A stretch of DNA of 64,000 nt, from the NCBI GenBank assembly GCA_963924565.1, contig OZ004609.1, positions 38,874,001 through 38,938,000 on the forward strand. Reading direction: 5' to 3'. This DNA is from Ascidiella aspersa. Taxonomy: Eukaryota. Both the position numbers and the translations under genes were made by a program. Each line of letters opens with the position of its first letter. The stretch's first letter is position 1. A model generated the notes under the pieces. The model did no database searches, was not told where the DNA came from, and worked only from the letters and a program-made list of their open reading frames with translations. Below, one piece after another: positions 51,001 to 62,291 of this stretch.

Positions 51001-54000
51001 ATTACAAATATTGTAAAAAAAATTAATGTAAAAACGATGTTCTGCGTTGAATCAGTTAAATATTTAGAATCTTAGTAAAAAAAATTAAGAATAAATAATT
51101 TCTTTAAAGTCAGAAATATTTCGCCATATTAAACAGGCAGCACCACATAACGTACAAAAACATGTAGAAACTGTTGAGTTGAGTTTTTTCATGAGATTAG
51201 GAAAATAATGTATCGACAATTAGGATGTCACAATAATAACACAATTTATCTTGTGACTGAATGACCTAAACCTTCCTTACTATGTCTGTCATAGTTAAAC
51301 AATACATCTTTAACTTTGGTAAAAAAGTGGTGGGGTTAAAAAAGTAACAAAGTGGTGTGGTGGAAATCGCAAATGTTCGAACCGAACCTTGAAGAGCTTG
51401 TTCGCAGTTTTGTAAATCTTGCGCAAGTTCCGCAACTTTTTGCGTCAAAACCTCGTTTTCATCTTTAAATGAAGCTGAGTCCTTCAAACGATCAAGCTCG
51501 AACGTCTGGTCTTCCAAAACCTGGCGTGGAAATATATTTTGATTTGCAAAACGCGGGAACAAATGCCAAGTATGTACACTGTTACACAAAAGAACTAAAT
51601 TTAAAAAACGTAAAAATAATGTTATTTTTACTTTTACTATAATAAGTAGGAAAACAATTTAATAAAAAATATATTTGGAAAAAAATTATAAAGCGTATTT
51701 TTTCATTTATTTTGCCAAATTGAACAAAACTACGAGTGGCTATTAAATAAATCTGTTTTGTCGAGTATTTTAATTCACAAATTGAATATTCTCCCACCTT
51801 GGTCTGCGAGTCGATTTGGTCGAGCACAGTTCGCATCCGGATCTCCATCGCCCTCGCGTGTTCGCTTTTCGACTCGACAGCATCCGCTAGTTGGCACTCG
51901 AGCTTATGCGTGAGTTCTGCACAAAAGTGGCTTAATTATGAGATGCTTTTAGTTGAATTAATGTTGTTGCAGATATAATAGGCTTGTATGTCATTTCGAC
52001 GTTATTTAAAAACCGGGGATAAAAATAATATGTTAGTCTAACTTTGTCCGTTGTATGCTGAAACACATTTTTAACTTTTCCAATGCTGTCACTTAAACTG
52101 TGATCTGGATGCATAGAGGCAAGCAATAAAAAGCGAAACACGGCGATTACTGTTCCCTAAATATTTATTTCACAGCATAAATTACACTTTAAGGCCACAC
52201 ATGGATTTTTAAATGGGCAAACTATATTTAAACGATGGACGCTGTGCTATAATGTTTGCCTTATATTTGAGCCCAAAGAGGCCGTTAAGGCAACTCTAAC
52301 TCAATATTCAACAAACGCGCCGGTTGTATTTTGTTGTTTTGGGTTTGCAATCTAAACCTCGAAATTACAAGACACAGCGGATTGTTCCATTGATAAAATC
52401 CGGGAGAGCAAAAATGGTTTTCCAAGAGCTGTTACGCTTCGTTAATGATTAATGAAATAGCTATTTGTTCTGGTTGAAAAAAAAAAACGCCCTGAAATTG
52501 AGTTCGGAGCCTATGGATACAAGCCACAAGCAGACTGCAACATGAATCCACTTCCCAACTTATTGCGTAATTTGTGCTATTTACCCCCCTTTAAACTTCC
52601 CACCTGCAGAACTGGCTTCCTTCTCTTCCAATTCGCTTTCCACTTCCTTCAACTTCTCTGCTGAGCTTTCCAGCAGAGCTTCAAGTTTTTCGCGACTTTC
52701 CTCCAAATCTTGAATCTTTTCCTGAAAAAATTAAGTAGATTGAAACCGTCTTTTAAAAAACATGATTTTAAGTTTCAAAAATAATAGTAATAAAGCAATC
52801 GGTTTCATCGTGATTTAATTGTAGTGTATGGTAAATTAATTTCCCTGTTGATGCAAATAAATAATAATAACAATGTGTTTGGCTGTTTGTGCTTATACAA
52901 ACAAGTTCATTTGATTGAAGAAATTAAAAAACATTGTTAAGTAATTTGGAAATATTTACAATTAGTTTGTGCCTATACAAACAGGTTAATCACAAAAAAA
53001 GTTTTTAATATTATTAATTCTTAAGTGTTTCTGGCTCAAAAAAGTTTGAAAAACACTGAACTAATGCACAGTAAATCATCATTCCCAATCCATGGAATTA
53101 ACTTTAAGTTTCCCAACTTTAATTTCCAACCTTCAGCGTTCCATTCTCCAGCGACAATTGTGAAGTCAAGCGTGACGACTCCTCCACATCCTGAGCGAGC
53201 CGTTCATGCGTGACGCCAGAAACTGAGCTTTTCTGGGGAAAATAAACTAAAGGTTTTAATATAAGTTTTTATTACAACTGAATCAATCTGATTACGAATA
53301 TTTATTTATGTTACTGGCTGTGCGTGTATATCGTCCATAGTTCATATAATAATATTTTTGCACTTAATTTCCCAATTGTCACATTTACCTTCATTTTGAG
53401 AAAGAAATTTTATAAAAAACAATATACGTCTAAAATCACAAGCTGGCAAAATAAACCTCAAACTAAAAAAAATTCCAAAACTTACAACCAAAAACAAAAA
53501 CCAAAAAGATTTGTTAAAATACTTTCTTTAGGTTTTTTTTACAACACAAGTTATTATTGAAAATAAATTTGCTCTAGCCACTGCAAAACTAACTGCAAGC
53601 ATTCAGGTTTTGTGAGGGATCGTGGTTATCAGAGCTATAAATATAAGAATATTAAAGGACCACAACTAAATAAATTACTTACAACCTACTTTTGCTATAT
53701 GTTCAAAACAAACAGTTGTCCAATTGTAAAAAACTAATAACAAAACGTCGTTCAAGAAGCTAAAAGTGCTAGCACTAACATATTGCAGAGCTAACACATA
53801 GGTGCCATTAATGTGCAAACTTTGGCAAGCATCCAACAATTACTTTTAAATAAAACTTTCGAGTTATTTGGGGCCTAAACTAAAAACTTCAAAGTTTAGT
53901 GGCCAGTTTAACAAAATGGAAATTTTTACAAATAGCCATTTAGGCAAGTTTTAAACATGAAAAAAATTGTGCTTATTAATGAACATTGTGAATTCATAAT

Positions 54001-57000
54001 TGTGTAATTCCAAGGTTCCACTTCCCTGTGTTGTTTGTAACAAGGCACACATTTCACAAACCTGTAGGTTCTGTATTTCCTCGAGCAACAAATGCTTGCT
54101 TTCCACGTTTTCCCTCAAGTTTTGCTGCAGAATGTTGATGGTTCGCTGCAGTTCCTACGCAACATACAAATTATATTTGGCAAAATTTAGTAATTTTTGA
54201 CAAAAATATTTTATACAACTACCGAAACATTTTTTATTTATTTTTTGTTATTTTGTAAGTTTTACAGAAACACTTTTTTTTCATGCATTGCAAGCGTAAA
54301 GTGTAAATTATGTGTATTTTTAAACAACCTTTGTCATTGTTTACAAACTAAAGTTTACTTACGAGTCAATTCAAAAAATTCGTATAGCAATATTGATAAA
54401 AACACTTTTAAAACCTACTTCGTTAAGGTTTTGTAAAAAACAGTTCACAAACTTACAAAAAAAAACATTTGATATATTTACTTTGTTAAGTTTCATTTGT
54501 TTTAAAAGCAACTTACTTGATGATCTTGTGTTTTTTCTCCCATTTCAAGCTGCAGAAGTTCGATAACTTTGTCTTTCCCGGAGAGAACTTCGTCTTGCTC
54601 GTGGAGTTTCGTCTTCAGTGTTCGGATCAACTAAAAAAAGTAAAAATGATTCAATAGCAGCATAGCATTAAAACTAGCTTTGATATAAGGAAACCATAGT
54701 TAACCAAGAAATCTAAGTAATAAAATTAACTTTTTTGACAATCTTGTAATAAAAATCAAAGAAACAAAGCCAATAAATACATGAATTAAATATCTTCCTG
54801 TCTTGTTATAGATCGGGGGTTGCCATAATCGGGTCTTCACCCAGTTTTATGCGGCCCTTACGTTTATGCTCCGACTGTTTACCTTACGGTCATTTTATTG
54901 TTAGTAACACTTTTGAAACAAAATAAAGGCAAAAAGTAAGGTATGCCTTTTTGATTGAAAACATAGAGATAGAGTGACAAGCTGTATTTTCCTTCCTTGT
55001 GTGTAAGGTGTGTAGCGTGTGTTTTTGCAGATAACCAAGTAAGAAATGTGTCTCTTGATATGGTTGGTCACCCCCGTTATAGGCCAAATGTTTTAACTCT
55101 GATTAACAGCAATCAGCAATTGAACTTTAATCTGTTCTACAAAGTATAGTCGAATAAATACCCATTCAGTTCAACAGAATTATTAATTCTAACATAAAAC
55201 CATGGTTTAGGCAAAAAACATTCAACATAGAAATCATAGAAATTGTCACCTGCTCGCTCTCTGCTGCCTCCTCGTGCACGTCGAGCATCCTTGCATCATT
55301 TTCTCGCTTCATCTGGAGGATTTGTTCCTCTTTAACTCCGACCGTCTCCTCCTTCTCATGGACGCGATACTCCAGGCGCAGTTTCTGCAACATTTCATGA
55401 TCGTCAGTTGAAATAGAAGTTTAAACATTTTCGGATATTAAGACTATTCAAAAAAATCATTTCTTAACGTCTTACAGAAATATTTATGTTGCCATATAAA
55501 TAAATCATTCTAAATAAGGAAATTGATGATGCAGCTTTTGTTGGATGAAACAATTTAGAATGTACGGAAGATTGTTGCTTCAAATCAGTTCATATTTAGA
55601 CAGGTTAGAATAAAATATGCATAATAATTTATTTAATGGTAATAGCCTGCTTTTGTAAAGTCGAACCAACAGTGCTACGATACGGTCGTTTAAAGACAAA
55701 ATGGCCTATTTCTTCAAGTTGCACAAATGTAAGCAAATTTAAAATCATAACATGATTAAAACTTGCTACTTTACCCAGCACAACTACATACTATCTAACA
55801 GTTATCGTCAACAAATGTTCATCAAACGATTCAAGCAAAACCAACCTCCTCCTCGTAATTAGCGATGCGTAACTTGAGCATCGTGATCTCATCAAGTCTC
55901 TGCTCCGTTGCTATGGAAACCTGCTCCTCTTTTTCAGCGAGTTTTGAGCTCAAGCGCTCGAGGAGGGTTCGTTGTTGTTCGCTGGTGGATCGCGATTGCT
56001 GCAACTCGTAGTTGGCTTTCTGCTCAACAAGTGAAGGTTTATAAAGTCTTTAAACAATGTTTTATGTGAAAAGTGACATTTTTAAGTTTGGGAATTTTGG
56101 TAAAAGGGCTGTGGTAAAGAAAATTAATGATATTAAAGAACCAATTTTTTTAAATGATTTTTTCTGGTTCTTGAATCAGTTATTTTCAAGAAATAATTAG
56201 CTTTAACAACAAACCTATTATCATATCTCTAACTTTTTGGCTTTACAATTTATAATCAAACCAAATTAATTAAGAAACACTAAATTATAGGTATTCATTT
56301 TTATATTCCTATTCAGGCTAAAACCTAGCCAGGCACTGAAAATCGACCCAATATATAAGACGTTTCTTAAAACAAAAATATGCAAAAATAGCTTGCAGAT
56401 ATGAAATAAATCAATTCTACCTTAAGGTCGTGCTCTTGACCTTTGACCTGTCCCTCCCTCTCATCCAGTTTAGCAGTGAGCTCAGATATTTTTTTATCTT
56501 TGTTGAGGATCGCTCCGTACAATTCCTCCATGTGCTTTGTGTCCTACAGTAGCCAATATTTAACGTTTCATAGTTTTATTCAGGTCATTTTTAGCAGAAA
56601 TTTTACGACTGAGTGTAAGATTTATCTTATCTCAACAAATATGTAAAGTTTAAATCCTGGAAAAATATTGTATTTCTTATGTTTCTGGCTATAATTAGAA
56701 ATGATCTGTAAAGAATTACCATAAAAGCATTTAACAAAGTAGATATATGCATAAAATTTAGAATATTGCAAGATTTTGTGACAGGACCTGCATTATGTGA
56801 CAAGCACCAATAAGTTTGTCAGTTGTGGAAAGCTACAATTGAGGTTTCAATGGTTAATGAACAGACAAGATGGAATAGTTGGTTGAACAAGTTAAACATT
56901 AAGCAACTAATAAAGATATTTGTGGCAAACAACTCATCAAATTACTCACAGTTCCTAATGACAATATTCTCCCTACATTGCAATTGCTGACCATTAGATA

Positions 57001-60000
57001 TGTAATTTGCTAACAACCAATTAAACAATTGTGTTACACTTGGTAAAAAGTCCTACACATCTAATGGACAAAACAATAGAGGCGGTCGCACAATAAGTAT
57101 GATGTAATCGCCTAGAAAGTAAGAGGCAGGTCAAATTATTATTGAAAAACGATTTGGTGCGATGAAATTTTTTAGACCACTTTACAAGATTTTTTGGCCA
57201 TGGTTATTTTTGGCAGGCAAGTCCTGGTTGGCAGGCAACTGTCTAACTAGGTTAGGGGGTGCAAATTTTAGTTCAATATTAACCCTGATATACATGCATA
57301 GTTGGATGACCTAGACCAACTGTTTTATTCCACGAACCTTTTGGTTAACGTTAATGCCCCTTTGTGATGAAACAGCTTGTAATTGTTGCGTTAGCTCCGA
57401 GTGCTTTGAGTGGAATTCTTGCTGCATTTTGCTGAAGCGATCCTCCTGAAATATTAAAAAAACATTCAAACTGGAGAAAAAACATTTATTGGTGTTTTTC
57501 GGCACAGATTAAATGAATTCATAACTTCAAACGTTAAATTTGTTGTTAAAAAAGTGTAAAAACCTTATTGTAACTTAGTTTTGAGTATAACAAATATCAG
57601 GCCTCTTAGTAAATGTGTTGCACAACTACAAACGGGTTTATCAACTGCTTGGTCTATAACAAAGACAGTTTTTAACCTGAAGTTATTTAAAAAAATACTG
57701 AGAAATCATTTGCAAACATTTACAAAATTGTGATTTCATCATTTACAAAGCAACAGACAAATTTATAAAGCCCACAATAACACCATAGAGTTGTTAGTAG
57801 AGTACCATGGAGCACTCTTGTAATTTGAAAAAAAAATGTTAAATATGAGGATACCTGAAGACTTTACACAAACAACTAGCTATATGATCTTTTATTTTGG
57901 TGCCAAGTTTAAATATATGGACAAAGTGTTACTGAGCCGACCTGATCTTTGAGAAGTTGTTGTTGTTGCGCGATCTGACTTTCTTTTTCCTCGATTCGTT
58001 TTTGTTGCATTATCAGCTTCCCGCGACTCGACTGCTCAACATGACCGTTGTTGATCTGGACGAAAAACACAAAGCGGTGGCTAGATAGAGCAGCAATAAT
58101 GTATGCACTTGAGTTACAAGCTGACGAAGGCTAAACTTTTGCAAACACCAAAAACAAAAAATACAACATCGGTCCTGATGAATAATAACTAGGGCCATTT
58201 TTATTTTAACCTAAAAAAAAAAAATTTTAACTTTGTTTTTATCAAATTTTAACTTTATTTTTTTAACTTTATTTTTTAAATAGGGCATAGATCGGTAGAA
58301 TTAATTATGTTGGCCAAATTTTTTCCACGGGGTGTAGCTTGGTGTCACAAATTTAATTATAGTAACCCTTTGTGCAGAACTAATGCGTAAGGCCGCGGGA
58401 ACTGCCGTTCGGGTCGGCTAACTGCCGACTTGGTGTTCCTCAGGGATAGGACTTTTTTGCAGCCTCAGTTTTCCCAGCGCTGCGTGATATCTTTGTGTGT
58501 GATTTAGTTTTTATTGCTTCGTGCTGCATTGTCATTTTCGTCGGGTGGATACCGAGAGAATCGGACGCATTTTGAGCACAGTTTGCAATCTCGTTGGTTA
58601 GAGACAAGCTGTAGCCTTATGCGAGCACTTGGTGTGCATGGTTGTTTGCCGTATACTGATTATCGTTCTGTCCAGTAAACGTCTTGCTCGAGAAAGTAAA
58701 GTCATTTCTATCCTTAGCAGCTACTTTGGGGATTGTGTCCCGATCTAGTCTGCACATTTGGCAACCCATGGGTTAGTGCATTGGTTCTCAACGTTGGGCG
58801 TTTTATTGACATGATTGGGCAACTAAATAACTTGGGGTTGTGAGCAAGAATCTGGGCAAATCAACTGCTCCTGTCGGCAAAAGTAGCACCAGAAAAGTAT
58901 TTCCCTAGACTTTTATGAAAACAAATCAAAGACATTTGCTTAAATTTTTTTCACAAAACTAAACTTGGATCGTTCAACTTGCTTTTTTAATATAATTTAA
59001 AAACAAAAAGACCAACTTAATAACAAATAGTTTAGATTTATATTCTGGTATTAAAGCATCACTATTTGAAAAGTAATTCAAGTTGGACATAAAATAAATT
59101 TAAATCTTTGAAAATAAGGTTTACAAAGACTTTTCAATATGCAAATCAATTTAAAGAGTATTTTAGTTTTTTTACAGTACTTCCTTACATCAGGATTGCT
59201 GTTATCTGGAGCAGAGTTGTCCTTCCCGGCTGCTTTCTGCTTGTTGAGAGCCGATATCTTGGCATCTTTGGCTTTCGCTTGTAAACGAGCTTTTGTCAGT
59301 TTAGCTTCAGCATCCTGAAAAAATACAACAATAAAAAACAATAATACTCAGGTATTCTTTTATGTAAATGGCCGTAGTTGCTCGCAAAGATATATCTGAC
59401 TGGAACAAAAACCATAATAACACGAGGTGTGCGCTTCAAAGTACACTGGGTGCAGAAAATCGTTTTATAAGGCACAATGTGACATAAAACCCAAATCCCG
59501 ATTGAGACGGACGTTGATGGCATCAAATTTTTTTATTGTGCTTTGTATGAATGAGAGCCTTGCTGAGGTGAACTGAGGTGAACTTAAATTATATATCAAC
59601 CAGTTCAAATATTATAAAGTCCATGGTGACACTTTGGCCTAAAAACAAGTCATAAAAATCCTAACCACAGCTTTGGCTTTGAGTTAGCTTTGCGTCAAGT
59701 AAACTACAATTATTATTACCTTTATTGGTTTGTGCACTTTTAAAAGAACAACAACAGAGTAACTGTAATTTTTTTTCCTTTGGCTATTGCTCCATTTTTC
59801 ATTTTTTTGTGCTCGCATAATGGCGCATTGCATCTCGTATAAGCACAATCATTTAATTAGGTGCGGTAGTGCATGCCTCTCACGCAAATAATGCAATTAG
59901 CTTCTAGCCTTCGGGCCCATTTAGTTGCTATATAAACTTTTGTTTTTCGGTGCGTGGTGCAGTCATCACCAGCATCAACCTGAAGACACTATATCATGCC

Positions 60001-60482
60001 AGACATCAAACTTAGGTATGTTTTGTTTTTTGCAACCTTTTTTTCGTATATGAAGTATTGTGCGCTAAACATTTCCTTTTTCGTCTTGCAGAAAACCTGC
60101 ACCGTTTCTATACTGAATTTGCTTTCTATCGTGCGAAAATTGTACGTTCGCTTTTTGTCCTTGTAGACGCAACACACGACAAACTATACGTAAAGGTCTC
60201 AATATTATGAATTGTAATGGATAGAGCGTATGTAAGTCTAAAATGCTTGCATTAAAAATAAGATATTTTTAAAATTTACATAAAGTTTCGCTGCACACTT
60301 GACAATCTCTCATGGCACACAGTTTGGGAATCACAATTAAAGCTAATCCCAAACATTGAGATAAACTTAATATTCATATTTACCTTGATAAGTTTGTTTT
60401 TTTGTTCAACTTCTTGGTCTTTCTTGCGAATTAAATCCTTGAGTTGGTCGATAAGGATTTGTTGAGCCCCCAAATCGTCCAT
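11881..60482 (-). CDS. GOLGB1: Giantin (golgin subfamily B member 1) ortholog; complete gene, ~44 coding exons, ~4,830 aa coiled-coil tail-anchored golgin
   Basis: N-terminus 'QQILIDQLKDLIRKKDQEV...KLTKARLQAKAK' resembles giantin 'EQLVVELKDIIRQKD...KLKLHAKAK'; internal QRKLKASLVSRK and QRKLKAALLSRK; C-terminus 'ALVAIYLIFIHAFSLKCAAGL*' carries the giantin YxxxxH anchor. Exons: 60482-60384, 59314-59189, 58055-57942, 57445-57338, 56543-56421, 56019-55846, 55384-55250, 54630-54517, 54154-54062, 53232-53131, 52721-52604, 51916-51798, 51520-51388, 50572-48303, 47095-46379, 45867-45712, (45120-45010), 42733-42634, 42046-41964, 41596-41490, 36997-36923, 36269-36095, 35568-35449, 35083-34949, 34346-34218, 33238-33059, 31955-31824, 31278-31186, (30161-30141), 29497-29318, 28991-28915, 28225-28018, 26837-26693, 26382-26294, 25356-25234, 24825-24550, 23704-21728, 21287-17973, 16628-15276, 14690-14550, 14106-14042, 13867-13774, 13067-12927, 12030-11881. 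All are GT-AG with consistent phases. Confidence 0.88.
12432..12879 (+). mobile_element. Composite tRNA-containing retroelement insertion: inverted 5' segment plus a circularly permuted ~344-bp unit, flanked by a TSD
   Basis: aatagctcaatg at 12432-12443 and 12868-12879; 65-bp inverted arms 12439-12503 / 12550-12614; direct repeat tctgcgatggcttt(t)cggtgta at 12503 and 12847; internal tRNA-like module. Confidence 0.7.
12719..12794 (+). ncRNA. tRNA-like Pol III module (SINE-type, not a functional tRNA)
   Basis: Acceptor GCCTGCA/TGCAGGC; D arm GCTC/GAGC with A box TAGCTCAGTTGG; stem CGGTC/GACCG with aberrant loop CCGGCTT; T arm GTGAG-TTCGAAC-CTCAC (B box). Confidence 0.75.
13160..13392 (-). mobile_element. 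Second, more diverged copy of the tRNA-containing repeat, inverted
   Basis: Reverse complement shares the upstream flank (atggtt.ttt.tcgac), the tRNA module (13291-13362) and the body with 12690-12868 and 12503-12590. Confidence 0.75.
15276..16628 (-). CDS. GOLGB1: GOLGB1 large coiled-coil exon (1353 nt)
   Basis: Within ORF 15261-16652; ttcag acceptor, gtgagt donor, phase 0-0. Confidence 0.9.
16775..17892. mobile_element. Nested hAT-type MITE region containing a repeat also found at 43520-43870
   Basis: cagtggttcttaacctttt at 16775; ggttgagaaacccg at ~17709; aaaaggttaagaaccactg at 17892; shared ttggcctaaa.ttgaccttgagtaac segment at ~17143 and ~43522. Confidence 0.65.
17973..21287 (-). CDS. 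GOLGB1: GOLGB1 largest coiled-coil exon (3315 nt) with both QRKLKA-SRK motifs
   Basis: Extends ORF 17964-21098 upstream to a ttccag acceptor; gtaagt donor. Confidence 0.9.
21728..23704 (-). CDS. GOLGB1: GOLGB1 large coiled-coil exon (1977 nt)
   Basis: ORF 21677-23701; ttttag acceptor, gtaaat donor. Confidence 0.9.
27633..27948. mobile_element. hAT-type MITE inserted into one copy of a local tandem duplication
   Basis: Termini cagtgattctcaacc / ggctgagaacaactg; empty paralogous site at ~27370. Confidence 0.65.
30654..30795 (-). mobile_element. Short Penelope-type insert flanked by a 14-bp direct repeat
   Basis: attacttaggtaat at 30654-30667 and 30782-30795; carries a hammerhead motif. Confidence 0.6.
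30701..30755 (-). ncRNA. Minimal type I hammerhead ribozyme motif (PLE-like)
   Basis: Minus strand ACC-CUGACGA-A-GGCGGCUU(GUAU)AGGUUGCC-GAAACGUU-GGU: intact core, 8-bp stem II, palindromic AACGUU stem III, 3-bp stem I. Confidence 0.7.
30935..31098 (-). mobile_element. 5'-truncated tRNA-derived repeat with the same head and a different body
   Basis: Reverse complement gaggtcgtgagttcgaacctcac...gttgtttttctag matches 12764-12807, then diverges. Confidence 0.6.
31964..32254. repeat. 21-bp minisatellite, ~14 copies (ga[c/t]atcccattgttacaaata)
   Basis: Near-perfect head-to-tail array with a single C/T variant position and no spacers; ends 6 nt from the acceptor AG of exon 31955-31824. Confidence 0.97.
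34555..34635 (-). mobile_element. Fragment of the tail of the tRNA-containing repeat
   Basis: Reverse complement taagccgta...gcttcagaaaggcta...cagttgttaa resembles 12536-12590. Confidence 0.5.
43001..43956. mobile_element. Non-autonomous hAT (Ac/Tip100-like) element
   Basis: TIRs tagggatgttcaaagtagaat / attctactttgaacatcccta; perfect 8-bp TSD gtttcaag. Confidence 0.88.
46379..47095 (-). CDS. GOLGB1: GOLGB1 coiled-coil exon (717 nt)
   Basis: ORF 46313-47044; cacag acceptor, gtaaaa donor. Confidence 0.88.
47359..48042. mobile_element. Non-autonomous hAT (Charlie-like) MITE
   Basis: TIRs caggggtcggcaa / ttgccgacccctg; perfect 8-bp TSD ttctatac. Confidence 0.9.
48303..50572 (-). CDS. GOLGB1: GOLGB1 large coiled-coil exon (2270 nt)
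   Basis: ORF 48060-50528; ccgcag acceptor (phase 1), gtgagt donor. Confidence 0.9.
58371..58756. mobile_element. Putative solo LTR
   Basis: 386-bp GC-elevated block with perfect inverted termini tgtgcaga / tctgcaca (TG...CA); no clear TSD. Confidence 0.4.
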
Positions 60483-60865
60483 ATTTGTTATAACGCAATA
60501 AATAGTTTATTTACAAACATCCATCACAGTGTTTGACACAGTATCGAGAAACAACCTGAAAATCACACATAGTATTATTTTTCAACACTATTGGATGTAA
60601 GATTGAAAATTTTGTGCAGCCTAAATGTGCACAGCGGGAGCAACTTTATTTCTAAAATTTGCGTGGCTGAACATGTGGTACCATACCTACACCGTATGTC
60701 AATCAAAGTTTTGCACATTTGAGCAGTTTCATGGCAATTTTACAAACTGCGCGGAGGTTAAATCCCCATGCCTAACCTTCCAAGTTCCAACCTAGATTGG
60801 ATATAAACCCATTTCTAAAAGTAGAAACAATCAAACAATTAAATGACTGAATAAAAATTAGGTAC

Positions 60866-61050
60866 TTGTCTAGAATCCTATCACATTTTCGTCTGGGAGT
60901 TATATTGCTACAATTATTTGGTTAGGGTGTGAGTTGGTGTTTGAGTGTGTGGGTCAAGTATTACTTAAATAATAATAATTGACCCACCCAAACCCAGACG
61001 CTTACCCGCACCCCAGCAGAACATTATTTTGTTAGGATTCTAGGCCAGCG
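60866..61050. mobile_element. Degenerate palindromic foldback MITE (family of 62089-62291)
   Basis: ctagaatccta...gggtcaagtatta / taattgacccac...taggattctag. Confidence 0.65.
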
Positions 61051-61109
61051 TCCCAGCACCATTTTATTCTCCCATACTTATTTCGTCACTATTTGATAAT
61101 ACTTTGGAT

Positions 61110-61848
61110 TAGGGTTCCTCTCCGGGAATGTTTCGACGGGAAATTCCCGGGATTTCCCGCGAATTAACAATCCCGAATCCCGGGAAATTTTTTTTTATAA
61201 TCCCGGGTATTCGGCAACCTAGCAAAATTTAAAAAATATTGTCGTTTTTGACTAATATAAAGAAAAAAAATAGTACAAACCATGTTAACGTCGTTGCCTG
61301 AGTTGTTTTATTTGCGCTTACCAGCGGAAAAACCTAATTAAATTTATTCTAACAAAAAAAATGCTTCACAAATAAGGGTCCTGACTCATATTAGAGAAGG
61401 TCTGGGGCTCCTTTAGTTATGAACGTATAAATTAATAAAAAAAAACGGTCTTTTAAATACCGCTTACCACAACGCAAATTAATTGGGTTAGAATGCGGGT
61501 TAGCGTTTGGTTGATGGTGGGTCTAGTTATTATTAATAATAAACATAATATTACTTGACCCACCCTCACCCAAACGCTAACCCGCACCTTAACCCAAACA
61601 ATATGTGTTGTGGTATGCGGTATTTCTTTTTTTTGTTTTTATGCATAACTTTCTACGTACATAACTGAAAGAACGCCCATAAATGAGCTTAATTAAATGT
61701 TTGAAGGTAAAATAAAAAAAAATACCAACCTCAAAATGACGTGATTTTATGGATAATTTTTTCGTCGGGATCCCGGGATTCCCGGGAAGTTTCATTTTTC
61801 AATCCCGTTTCCCGGGAGTGAAAAAATCCGGGAAAAAGAGGAAGCCTA
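61110..61848. mobile_element. hAT-like element with cccggg subterminal repeats, carrying a nested foldback MITE (~61465-61616)
   Basis: Termini tagggttcctc / gaggaagccta; perfect 8-bp TSD ctttggat. Confidence 0.82.
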
Positions 61849-62088
61849 CTTTGGATACCATACCTAATTTTTTTTTGTAATTTTAAATTACATTATTTTT
61901 GTTCACTTATTCCATGGATTACATGTGTAACTGTGTGAAGGGTTAATTACTTGAATTTATGTAGTTTGTTAATTGACACGTAAGTATGGTTCAGAAACAA
62001 CATATTAAAAATCTATTAAAATCCGAAAATACACTAATTTAGGAATTTTCAGTGTTTTTCCTAGGAAGTGGAACCACAAAGACAAGTG

Positions 62089-62291
62089 GGCGCTGGTCTA
62101 GAATCCTACCACAACGAAACACCATTTGGGTTAGGGTACAGGTTAGCGTTTGGGTTAAGGTGGGTCAAGTATTATTATTAAACTTGGAATATAATAATAC
62201 TTGACCCACCCACACCCAAACGCTAACCCGCATCCTAACTCAAATTTTTTGCGTTGATTTTAGAACTGTGGTAGGATTCTAGACCAGCGCC
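62089..62291. mobile_element. Intact palindromic foldback MITE
   Basis: 25-bp TIR ggcgctggtctagaatcctaccaca; palindromic throughout; perfect 8-bp TSD gacaagtg. Confidence 0.88.
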
